DNA from: Balanoglossus misakiensis
Lineage: Eukaryota; Animalia; Hemichordata
Assembly (NCBI GenBank): GCA_040954595.2
Contig: CM082593.2
Coordinates: 248,001-312,000, forward strand
Direction of reading: 5' to 3'
Length of the DNA: 64,000 nt
Of this stretch, positions 52,088 through 64,000 are shown piece after piece. The notes below the pieces were generated by a model that made no database searches, was not told where the DNA came from, and saw only the letters and a list, made by a program, of their open reading frames with translations. The stretch's first letter is position 1. Each line of letters begins with the position of its first letter. The translations under genes and the position numbers were made by a program.

Positions 52088-54646
52088 AAACTTTTTTGCC
52101 GTGTTAGAATTGTTAGTTTCTTTTTCCAAACTCTAGAATTTCAGTAATGTGACGTATGGGAAACCGGTGAGTGGTTTCTTAAAGTCCAATGTATTTGATC
52201 CGAAAGCATTTAAAGAGACAAGTCCACACCGCTTCACTAAACAATAAGAATGCTGTTTATTCATGTGTCTTATGATGAGTTCAATGGTATACATTTGTGG
52301 GCCATGCATGCATCTTAGTGCAAACTTGGAATCACACATTGTGCATTGGCAGAAATCAAGAGATTTTTGCGAAGGCAGTATATACAATTACTTTATGAAA
52401 TAGAAACTTTTGAAACATTTCCCTACAAATTTAAGGTTATGCATTGATTAATAAAACATTATTACCTTAAAAGGAAATTTGTTTATCTATGTACATTTTA
52501 TATATGATAGTAAAGGCCTTATTGTGTTGCCATGTTGGTATTCTGAATGGTCAAGTTTTTTTCCTGTTCACCTAGATGGTAAAATTAAACTTGGTGTTTT
52601 ATGCCTACTTTTACCCTTCATGTTTGGAGGTTTCTGTATCAAACTGCACTTGTACTTGCATGTATTGTGTCACAGTGTGAATTACAAAACATGTTACAGT
52701 ATTGTAAATTTTTGTGGAACATTTAAATGAGTCACATCAGAACGAGTAGAGATGTTATTTGGGTTGTTCTGTTGTTAAAAGAAATAAGGTTTGATAGTAT
52801 AATAGCAATAATTACCCCTATGTATAAGTTTTCTGGCTACTATTAATAGAAGTGTTGTCTGAAATAGACTCCAACAGTTGCACTTTTATATTTTTGCATG
52901 TCATGGGAAACATGTTACGTTGTTAGCTAACAGATTTTATCTGTGTCTGTGCAGTGCACGATTGTGAGTGACCAGATGTTTTCTAAGGTAGCTGTTGCAT
53001 TGTTTGAATGGCCATCCATTTTTTGGCCGGCCTATGACAACCATGAAAACAGCTGTCTGTGTTTCTGTCAAAGAAAATCTGTGTAAACTCTGTCTAGCAT
53101 TAACACATGATTTGGCTGCAGAGAAATCACATGAATGAAGGGTTGTATAAGAGATCAGTGTTGATCGATGAGAATTACAATTTGAGTAGCAATGCATATA
53201 TGTAAATACATACGAACATTGGTCAACTGATTCTTTGTATTTTTCTTGAGTAAATTGATTTTTGTCTGCACAAGTTATATAGAATGAAAGCCAGCATGGG
53301 ATACTTTAGTTTGTAAGTAAAGTGTTTGTTTAACACATATGTAGCAATAAATTGATTCTATCTGGTATGTAGATCAACAAAATCTTCTCGGTGTATTGGC
53401 TGTATATTTTGTTGCATGCAGTGCTGAGTTGCTATCAATGTTTCAGAATAAACACAAAATCTTACTACTAATAGAATAATTCACCTTCTACAGTGTAATT
53501 GTACAGGCAAGCATGCACATTATTTTGTTTTCTGTTGGGCATTCACAATAAGTATCATCGTAGACTTACTGCAGGAACACATGCAGACTGCCAGTCTTAG
53601 TTGAATGGGTATTTTGAATTGTGGCAGTTTTATTGATATGGAGGGAAGTCAAGGTACAAAGATTCAAATTTGTATCATTTGTTAAGCTTGCATATTGTGC
53701 TTCTGTGAGCATTGAGAATGGACTTTGCAATGAAATTTATTTTTCTTTTAGGGCGTTAGACCAGGAATGTAGGTTACAGTGTACATCAAAGTAAATAAAT
53801 GTTGGCCTCTAGGCTCTGATAAGAATACTGTTTCATTTCTCATGTATTGTTTTACACAGGAATATATTCAATGTTACCCACTGTATTAGCTGCATAGATT
53901 GTAGCGGTACTGCTAGTGCATGCACCTAGCAGCACCCGATACAATCATTGCAGCTACCACTGTATGTGTTTCACGACTGTACAAAAGAAGGGAGATATGT
54001 CTCACAAAACACAAGTGAACAAAATTACCACGGTACATTGCCTGATGTCACTTTCACATCAACATGATTACCTGGTGTTCACTGTTCATTCTCAATTGAT
54101 TTGAAAGAATTGAACTGGAGTTGTGAATGGCAGTTTCCAACACATTTGTGGCACATATAGAGAACTGATTCATCTGTCAGAGAAGGGGCCCTGCATTTCT
54201 GGCCGGACATGTTGATTTTATTCTGTACATGCTGTACTTGGTCCCACAAAGCAAGATGTTATCGTACTCCCAACACTCAACAGTCATGGTATAGTTGCCG
54301 ACTGACTTTCTGGAAGCTGTATTTCTTATACCCAAATCATGTTGGGACAAGTTGACTAGATGTAGGCCCACACCCACCTTTAAAATGTCTGAAAGATACT
54401 TGAGAATAGTAATTTGACGACCAACTTACTTCATGGTGCAACACCTTCAGCCACGCCCACACTGCCACGGCTTCGGTAAACTTGAAATTTTTCCGTGAAG
54501 ATGGGTGAAGCATGCAGCCCTGGTCCACGAATATTCATCCCCATCCTTCTGTTTGTCCAGTTGTGCAACCAGGAGCGTTGCATAAACACGGACCAAGTCC
54601 ATGCCATGCGCTTGTTTCTCGGTGGCTTACAGTAAACACAGCAGAC

Positions 54647-54814
54647 GACACGACAAGTCGCCATTTTGGAAATATGACACGACAAGTCGCCATTTTGGAA
54701 ATATGAGCGCCCTCTACAATGACAAAGCTCCGCCATTTTGCTAAAATGTGCTCCCTCTAATTACCCTAAAAATGTACACTTTCGTTTCATTTTACACCGT
54801 GACTCCGCCATTTT
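54647..54814 (-). promoter_or_regulatory. Orphan YY1-motif cluster including a 29-bp tandem duplication
   Basis: CGCCATTTT at 54659, 54688, 54731 and 54806. GACACGACAAGTCGCCATTTTGGAAATAT occurs twice (54647-54704). Confidence 0.55.
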
Positions 54815-55796
54815 GCGCTGTCTACGAACACAAATACCGTACACTTTCGTTATGTTATACCGTATACCGTGGAACAGATTATTCAGCCACTATCCCTGTG
54901 TGGAGGGATTGTGATTTATCCGACAACCACAAATACCAGCTGGCTACAATTATTATGGCAATGTTTACACGCATTCAGTATATATTTACTTGATTTTTGT
55001 CTTGGTTGGTGCTGGCTGAACTCTGGGACAATGATGATTATATAAAGTCGCACATGTGCAATGTGATCGCCTCCCTTCAATACATATACATGAGATGACC
55101 ATTGCTTTAAAACCATCATGATTTTATTTCAACAAATTGTGTAAAGAAGCAATACATGTTTGTTTGTTTGTTTGTTTTGGGACCTTTTCAGATAAAAAGG
55201 GAAAATTTGAAGAGTGTGACCAGACCTTATCCATCTGAGATTGAAAAAATAAAACACTTGAAAATAAAATAAAATGTATACACTGTGTCCATGGTATTTG
55301 GAGACCAATCGACAAAGTTTTTGACAAAAATAATATCTTAAAATGTACAATCTCATTGTGTATGATCCGACAATAGTCCATAAATGCAAAGTACACTGTA
55401 CTCATAATGCTGATTGAAAACAAGAGACATTTACTACCAAGTCTAAGTGTTCTCAGAAAATACAACTCAGGATACTTATGATACAATTTCAGTTCTCTAT
55501 GAATAGGAAAAAGACATGATTAAAGTATAAATATCCTTGGTGAATAAACGCTTATAATCTATGCATTTATCAGTACACAAAATGATTTTTTTCTCAATCT
55601 AATACTAATTTTTCTTATGCATATCTGGTTTCTTCAAACTTGGTTTGAAATCAGAGAGAATATTCCATAAATTATGGGTACCATAGATCAAGAGTGGAGG
55701 GATACTCGGCAGATGAAGGAGAAACCATTCATAGTAGGGGAGGGAACTACCAGTATTTTCACTTGATTTGCATTGAACTTTGAAATATTGCATATT

Positions 55797-58700
55797 TTAT
55801 GAAGTTTTGCTTCTTGGTGATGGATCGTACACTTGTCGCATCTCATCAACAAATGCTATCAAATAAGGATTGCCACCTATCTCTTCAATTTCTGTCCGTA
55901 CCCTGGAAGAAAAAATTAAAAGACAAGAGAAAGTTATACAGAACTGTGAATAACTTTCACACTGTCAAATTTAATATTAAGGAAGCTGGAATATTGAAGG
56001 AGAATCTCTTTGCCTCACACTTTTATTTATTACAGGAACATCTTCGTGAAATAAAACAACTTCTTTTAAACAAATGTTGATGTGTCAGGGACATCTGGAA
56101 ATGATATGGGAAGGAAAGACTACTTACTTTTGTTCTAATTCTAGAAGCACTTGCTTTGTGTATTCAAAAGATCCAACCTGTGTGTCAGAGCGAGAAAAAA
56201 AACACAATGAACGAATCATGCTGGCCTCAACATTTGCAGTCAAAGGTCACAACCCACGTCTGAAGAAGGAGACTATATGCTGTCCATGAAAGCTTATGCT
56301 TCAACAGTCATTAGTTGAACTAAAGAGTACTATCAAACCTGACTTTATTTTGTATAGAAGATCAGCACAGCTACAGTACTATTTGCATCTGTATGTAACA
56401 GTTTGAGATGCCAAGAGTTGGTGTAAACACACACCACTGAACTATACATACTTTTTCACATACATACCTTTTCAAGAAAATCTATACAGTATTTTTTGAT
56501 ATCATCATCAGTTGTACGTTGTTTTAGAATACTCATCACTTGGGTGTTATCCGGCTGACTCTTAATTCCATGGATGATTGGGAAGGAGAATTTCCCTTCC
56601 GTCAAATCTTCACCATAACTTTTATTTTCTATGTATTCTTTAGATCTCAAATTTGCATAGTCATCACGGATTTGGAAGTAGAGTCCAAGAGCTTCCCAAA
56701 GTGGCTTCATATCTCTGTCAGAGAAAGCAGACAGTATCATTTGGAGAATAAAATAGCAGATAATGCGCAGAATTTGGCAAGGTGCTTGCATCCACAGATT
56801 ATCTGAAAGCAATGAATATCTCACCTTTTGTTTTCACTAAAGAGTTGCATCAATCGAATGGCTAAACCAAACAATCCCCCGGTCTCTAGAAAATGAAACA
56901 GAAATCACACCACATTTGTTATGATCATATGATCTTTGAATTATTGACCTCTGTTAAATTTGACTTGATTGACTTGCATGACATTGGGTCACCAAACACA
57001 AGCTGGTGTTCAATCGCCAATTGACATGCATACGTGCATGACATGCAGAAACAGTCGTATTAAGTTGATAAACTTCACTCAAACATTTGAATTATCTCAG
57101 GCAGGCTGATCAGATGAACAGCTTGTCAGACATTACCAGTTTACATTACACTTTTTTCATCTACACATGTTGCAGCAATTATCTGTATGACACTCGGCAA
57201 AGATCAAAAGTCAGAGTTCAATAACCCACATTACAGATCTGATAAGACTTCTGTTTTTGTTGGCTATGTCCACAGACTAGTGCCTCATTCCTTGGTATTC
57301 ATTTCACCATAATGTTGATGAAATTACTGACATCTTGTTCGCATGAAAAGTAGTGTGTTCAAAAGAGATTCATGGAATCAATAACCTACTTTTCATCACC
57401 ATATCTTTGTATTCTTCCTCAGTGGGACACACATAGGCATCTCGCCACCATATATCCATTCCTTGTCCCTGATGAAGAAGTAACAATTGTTCTGAAATCA
57501 AATCAAATAAACAATGTTACATTTTAAGCTCTAACAAATTTACTGAAATGGAAGTCAACATGGTCAGTTCTTTATTAATAATAAGATGATCATTGCTGGA
57601 AAACTATATGAAATCCAAAACTGCTATTAAATAATAATAATAATAATAATGGATGGAAATTTAGCATGTATATCTGTAATCATTGTCAATGTATCATGTA
57701 AAATTAAGAGTGATACAGTTAGAATAGAATCAAGAATGTACATTGCTATTATCTTAAGGAAGAGTTAATATTTACCTGTATAGACCTTGGTAACTTCAGG
57801 GTTATTCAAAGTAATAAGTTTTTCAAGGCCAAGAAAATAGACGTAGTTGGCACAGTTGATGGTGTGTGCAACACCAAAAATGTTGTGAGCCACAGGAATG
57901 CCACGACGTAATTTTGAATTGTCCTCGATATCGTCTATCCTGTAGAGAATCCAAACACATCATCTTGAAAGATACTTGCAAGTAGATTGCCTGTTTGCTT
58001 CACTTCATATAAATCTCACCTGTATCTAACAAATCTTTGGGGTGTTATGATCAAATATGGACATGCAATATAAATATCCTTTGGAGACTGAACTTCAAAG
58101 TTTCATTTCTGAAACGAAACATTAAGTTATTATGGTGTTCAAAATCCTTTCTCAAGAAATGGAGCAATACTTTTCTTTTCAGTTGGCAGAATATCATGTC
58201 ATACATTGATATGATATGCCTATATCTATCAGTATTAAACTTTTACATGAGTCAACCAGTTCATGATACCCATCTGTGCAATCAACCGTGATAACTGTAT
58301 TAAGAAGATAATATGTCGGTCTATGTGAGATGATATCAATTTCATTTGACTAATGCTGATAGAGAAATTAGAATGTCTTGTCAGAAATACAATGCCCAGA
58401 TTGATTGTGATATAACCTTTTATAACCTTTACTCTTCCTATATGAAATGCATCTCTCGTTTTGTCCAAGATAAACATTTTGATTGGTGTGTTGTATGTGG
58501 TGAAACCTTCACAGAACGAGTGATGTACTTTTGTCAGAGATGAAATTTGACATATTAAGAATCTTAGAAGTTAATGAGTATCACATTGCCTGGATATTTT
58601 GATGTCTTTGGGAATGCAGGAATGGATGAACAGATAGTATTTGAAATCAATCTGTGAGAAGAAATCCAGACATGCAGATATCCAGTTGCTGACAGACATA

Positions 58701-60817
58701 GACAGTTTCCTTTGACCTTTAACCTTGATTTGACTAAAAGCTGGTGCAAATTCTATAGGCAACTGATGCAACTGTCTTTTGTGTGATAATTTGGAAAAAG
58801 TCTACAAAAGCAGGTAGTCCAAATGTTGCCGACTCTAGGTGAAATGTTTCAGTTTTCAGGCAACCCTGAGTCTTGATTTTAACACCGTCACTGAAAGCTT
58901 CATGCAGACTCATGAACCAAGTATTTGTCAATTACAAGGCTTCACTGTGCAAAAGCCACACACACATACATCACTGATCAAATCAAGGCCATAGAAACCC
59001 CCCAACTTAAATTTCAAATTGGAATTTTAATACTCCGTATCACTGATTCCTAAAATCTCAATAAAGTTCATCCGGAGATGTGCCAATCTTGTAAAGAGCA
59101 CACAGCAGGTCACATGCCACTTACCCATTACAACACAGTAAGTACCAAGTTGATGATATTTATAAACTATGCATAAGTTGCTATAACACAAAGAGGCTCA
59201 TCATTTGATTGTCGGTATATCATATCAAATGTTATGACTTCATTTCAAGGCAAGATAACACCAGTACAGACATCAGACACACTCAAACAGAAAATCAGCT
59301 ATTTTTATATACTAGGGGAAATATCTCCACATACAGAGTCATTAGCCGGTAATACCAACATGTAGTACACTGACATTTGAATTGGAAACTTCTAAGTACA
59401 TTGAAGTATAATATAAATGATTGATAAACTTACAATAAACTTGCATTGTGCAGCATTTGGACAACTTCTCCAACAATATGTAATTTTTCTTCGGGAATAT
59501 TTAACCAATGATTAAATGCCTGCAAAAAATAGTAGCCAAAGTTTACAATTGATGAAATAAAACACCTCAGAAACATCTGAAGTCTCTACGAAAGAATTTT
59601 TCTGCAGAGAAGAAGTCACAATACAAATATTGAAAAGAATTGCTAATTTCACCTACACAAAAACAAAAATAGAGAGCCTCACCTTTGTTAGTTTCATACG
59701 AACTTGTTTTCCAGGAACTTGCAGGATATAATGATAAGGCTCCATTAAAATCTGAAATCATATGATAGGATATTTTATCAAGTTTGTTTGCAATGTGCAT
59801 CCTTGCAAAGAGGAAATGTTGAAAGCTGATATAAGCTTGCACAACATATTATACAATGGCATAATTGACGGGGAAAAATATCCCAGCAAACTTTCCCACC
59901 TTTTGAAGTTTGTCGTGGTCTGAAAAGAAAGGTATAAAGTAGTTTTGTTTTAGTTTGTTGAATGGCAGTGAAGTTGGTCGCTGTGGTTTCTTTTCGCCCA
60001 TGGCCATGTAGACGATTATCTAAAAGTTACGACCACCGGTGAGATAACACAGACATGAAACTGTGAACCATAACACAGTTAGCTTATGTGATGTATACAC
60101 TGTGACCTCAAGACCAATGGGGTGACGCATACCAAGTCAATGACATCATCCTACTCTTAACAAATCAGTAAAGACGATACAGCATGGATATATTTTCTCA
60201 CACTACTGCCATTGTTGTCTGCTTCCTTCCATTTCAATACACTCTATTGTATACAATTCCGGTTAAACACAGAATAAATTACTGGCTAAATATTGATTGT
60301 GACAGTATAAACACATCAAAAAGACAAAATTAAAATAAGCAAAGTTTATTATTTTCATTATTTGTTGGCATTATCAGATACTTTTTTTTCCAACTTAATA
60401 TGTTCATCTAGCACTATGATATGTTCAACACTAAAAGTATTACATATATTGCATGATGTAATGTAACTGTAAGATATCATTCAGGGTGTCCAAGTAGTTG
60501 GGGGGGGGGGGGGGGCGAAGTTCAGGGTCATGAAAATATCTGGTTGTGCTCAATATAACTTTGGGAAGAATCTTGTCTTATTTCTTTAAAGGGATTAAAT
60601 TATTCCCATGACTGATAAAAGCTTAACGTATTTCTTTGATGGCACACATATACTTCCTATTCTGAGATTTTTCACACGAAACCGTCATGTGAGGGCGCTA
60701 TTGTTAACGCAATGAAATGGCCCAAATACAGGGCTGGGGTCATTCTTTCTCTTTGTCTGTGTTACAACCTACCCGTTCTTGTGATTCTCCTTTCTCTTTT
60801 CCCTTTTTATCCTCCAT
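55797..60817 (-). CDS. GGPS1: Geranylgeranyl pyrophosphate synthase
   Basis: [15 protein letters not shown]|[45 protein letters not shown] (FARM), [28 protein letters not shown] (SARM), [11 protein letters not shown]. Stop 55797-55799. Confidence 0.96.
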
Positions 60818-61406
60818 AATTCTGTAGCCCAAAAGTCCAATGAACAGAGAGGGCAGTGCAATGGCTCGTATATAGTGACAGGTTGGCTGTATTAGTCGAA
60901 GATGCAGACCTCTGTTCCTCCTCTTGTTTCGTCCACAGACAATAGGTCTATTGTTTATGGCTATAGAAATTCACAAGTTTACCAATATGAACCTTTAAGA
61001 GAGCTAAAACCTAAATCCTTTGATTGCTAAATTAATTACGAAGACTAGAATTAGTAATCAAGTACACGCCTTTGCACGGAAGATGTTACAAGGGAGCCGC
61101 CATTTTTAAAGTGTTGATTGTTCGTGTTTTATTTTCTTCCATTTGCGGAAACATCTTTTTAGTAGGGTTGTGCCATTGTATAGGAAGCACTTTCTTTTAT
61201 ATTACAAGAACATTATCTGAATTTATAAGCGCAGCTAGCGGTGGGAATGGGGCAGGGGACAAGATTAATTATAGCGTGACCTCTTCTGACCCAAGGGATG
61301 GAATGTCTCATTTTGTCCAAGGGGCGCACCGACTACCAGAACTCGACTGTTGACATATCGCACTACGAATCTCACCGTGTCTGCTGCCTGTAAATCTGAG
61401 TTTAAT
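60818..61406. promoter_or_regulatory. Bidirectional promoter GGPS1/FBXL15
   Basis: ~590 bp between divergent ATGs, with a YY1 motif GCCGCCATTTT at ~61096. Confidence 0.7.
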
Positions 61407-62960
61407 ATGGATCAGACACGGGAGCTAAAACCAGCGCAGAACAGAAACGATGAGAATGTCTGCAGTAAGCCATGTCCTTGTCACGAAATCATAGAAAGTC
61501 TTGATGAAATGTGCATTAATACACCGACGAGGAGGAGTCCATATGTGTAAGTTGGGTTAGAAATGTTATCTGGCCAGCTTGCTGCAGTACTGCTGTAGGC
61601 GTTTTGCCCACGAGTTATGGTACTGCAGCTTCTGGCCAGGTGAACGCTCGGAAAGTGCTCATTGCATGCTACAATAATGCACCCCAGGTGACAACGATTC
61701 GACCAATCATAGCACAGGAAATGGACTCGACGGTGTGTGTTACAAAATGGTACATGGAGCATGATTTGCCCATTCTGTTTTAATCAACTGTTACCACTGT
61801 GTACATGTATTGACCATTCAACGGGTTATCTATAATTCCCTCATAGATAAAGAAACTGCAATTATCTTACATACATGTTGAATGATACGAGCAACTGTGC
61901 GTATGAATATAAATCTGATTTTCTCACTCTCTTTTTCAGAAATCTTTTGGATTTACCGTGGCACGATGTTCTGATCACTCATATCTTGCCATGCTTGCCC
62001 TTCACACAATTGTTTCAACTACAGAGAGTTTGTAAAGACTTCCAACATTTGATAAGTGAATATCTTGCAAGTTGCTCATCGTTTGATTTTTCTGGAGTCT
62101 CATCGAAATTAACCAAGGAAGCTTTTCTGACTGCAGTGGAGCACACAGATTCTTTGCGTGAATTGTCATTGGAGAACTGCAGAGGCTGGTTGAAGGATGA
62201 CATTCTCATGCCAGTTTTGTCTCGGAATAAGCAGCTTCAGAAAATAAACCTGGGTGGTTGTTCTGGTCTGACGACTCGAAGCATCCAGTGTGTGGCAGTG
62301 AATTGCCGTTCTTTGCAGAGTATCTCATTACGCGAGTGTCACTGGGTACAGGCACCGAGTATTGAAGTTCTAGCCTTGAATTGCGGTGACTTGGAACATG
62401 TGAACTTGACAAGCTGCTGGGAACTTGGTGATGAAACTATACTGACCTTGATAATGACACATCCTGGGTTGAAGTATCTCTCGCTTGCAAAAATCTATGG
62501 TATAACAGACATAGCAATTGATATGTTGGCCAGGAGTTGCCCACAGCTGGAATATCTAAATATTCAGGGGTGCTGGAGGATTACTAACTCGGTGATTAGG
62601 TAAGAATTTGTGTCAGTTTTATACCAAAATGAACATTTACTATTTTGTACACTGACAATTATGTGTCAATTAAGACTCAATAGGTGAGTCTCATATCTCA
62701 CGAATTAAGATTATATATAGACACAAAGTGTTGTTGACAAGTTTATTATTTGTATCATTTGCAGATTGTTAGGTGATCATTGCCCAAGACTCAGCCAGCT
62801 TGAAGTAGAAGATTGTCGCGATATCAATGAAGGAAGTCTGGCCAGATTACGTGTCAAAGGTATCCAAATTGATGTACCTCCACAACCTGTACGCCATCAC
62901 CTAGCAGCAAATCAACAAGCAATGTTAGCAACGTGTCCACCGCTTTATCATCAAATCTAA
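61407..62960 (+). CDS. FBXL15: F-box/LRR-repeat protein 15
   Basis: Exons 61407-61546, 61940-62599 and 62765-62960 with matching phase-2 junctions. F-box LLDLPWHDVLITHILPCL...LQRVCK is followed by cysteine-containing LRRs (LSLENC, INLGGC, ISLREC, VNLTSC, LNIQGCWRI). Confidence 0.92.
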
Positions 62961-63876
62961 AACTGGATTAGGTTATCTGGATTAGATTGTTCTCAACTGG
63001 ATTAGATTAATCTCAATTGATTTTCAAGATTATGATACAGCATTTGCAATAATTCCATCACAACTTGACTAGACTGATCCAGGCCGATTTCACCGTCAGC
63101 AAAGGGGTTCCCTTGTCAATCAATTGATCATCAGTGAATAGTCAAACTGTCTCACCCAGTAAATAAACCCTTTTTGTTATATTTTGACTATTTCAACATC
63201 AAAATTTGGTTTGGGCATATATTGTTTTCAGTGAATCATTTACAAAGATTTACAAGAATTGATACATGTACTACCCATCATCTTTGCCATTTGATGTTTG
63301 TTGTTTGTAAACAAGATATTTCTTTAAATGAATCTTTATTTCTTGTGATTTTAATACAGTTCAAAGTCATTTTCTACAGAATTAAGATATGTTTTATTTG
63401 TACCGGTAAACATGAAATTGATCATTAGTTATTATTTACAGCAGAGAAGTGTGAAATTTAATAATCAAATTTTGAGAAATATTCATTGTATTCACCTTCC
63501 AGATTCTGGTATTGTATTGGCAGCTTACAGAACATCAATAAATTATGTACATCAATCTGTTTTGAGAATAAAAATCTCATTTTTTGTTGCATTTGTGTCT
63601 ATAAATCAAAACAGCCATGAACTACAACACAGCCCAATTCCCCCATTTTCCAACTGGCCCCATAGCATTGCATAGTGCTTCAAATTTGTCCTTGTAAAAA
63701 GGTACTGCCCCCTGTCCCTCTTTTGTGTCTTTCAAAACAATCTTTCATATGCTATTCCCTCAGTACATTCATCTTGCAGTTCTGTTTTCATTTCACTTAA
63801 TTTTCATCGAGTAAAAAATCCACCCACATTTCAAGCTGTTAATTCTAGGCATCTTAATTTTGAATAAATGTTGATT

Positions 63877-64000
63877 TCATCCATTGATGTTGAAATCTAG
63901 TAAGTCTTCACCACTGTCGTCAGATTCTAAGTCTTCTGATGGTGAGTATGACGGGCTTTCCTGCACACATCCTGTTTTTCTATCTTCCACGGAAATATAT
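63877..64000 (-). CDS. Possible C-terminal end of a gene entering from the right edge
   Basis: Open frame YISVEDRKTGCVQESPSYSPSEDLESDDSGEDLLDFNING* (TGA 63877-63879) with an acidic, protein-like composition. Family not recognised. Confidence 0.4.
   Translation of the reverse strand, partial: YISVEDRKTGCVQESPSYSPSEDLESDDSGEDLLDFNING

Noticed and set aside
54535-54537. In-frame TGA in a Cys-rich frame as possible selenocysteine
   Set aside because: No redox-motif context, no SECIS recognised, and neighbouring frames are also broken.
62961-63022. Short CTGGATTAG repeats after the FBXL15 stop
   Set aside because: Three degenerate copies of a local duplication, with no spacer structure or evident function.

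Overview
AT-rich, intron-containing animal (invertebrate-like) genomic DNA with a compact cluster of six complete conserved genes. In order: KAT6A/B-type MYST histone acetyltransferase (-), adenosine kinase ADK (-), ASH2L (-), AAK1/BMP2K-type kinase (+), GGPS1 (-) and FBXL15 (+), plus possible gene fragments at both edges. ASH2L/AAK1 and GGPS1/FBXL15 are head-to-head pairs. Main signals not explained by the ORF track: (1) two near-identical intronic box C/D snoRNAs, one in KAT6 and one in ADK, whose D' guide fits the 18S rRNA Cm1391 (U28/SNORD28) site and which carry a second 18S-antisense element; (2) a KAT6 with no visible double PHD finger and a CCHHC zinc finger in its place; (3) a hidden in-frame stop-containing exon plus a CCAAT cluster in one KAT6 intron, which could split the gene into reader and HAT halves; (4) both nuclear-type and cytosolic-type ADK first exons; (5) an orphan YY1-rich promoter-like element between two convergent 3' ends. 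All calls come from manual reading and remembered family sequences. No searches were run, and exon coordinates marked ~ are approximate.
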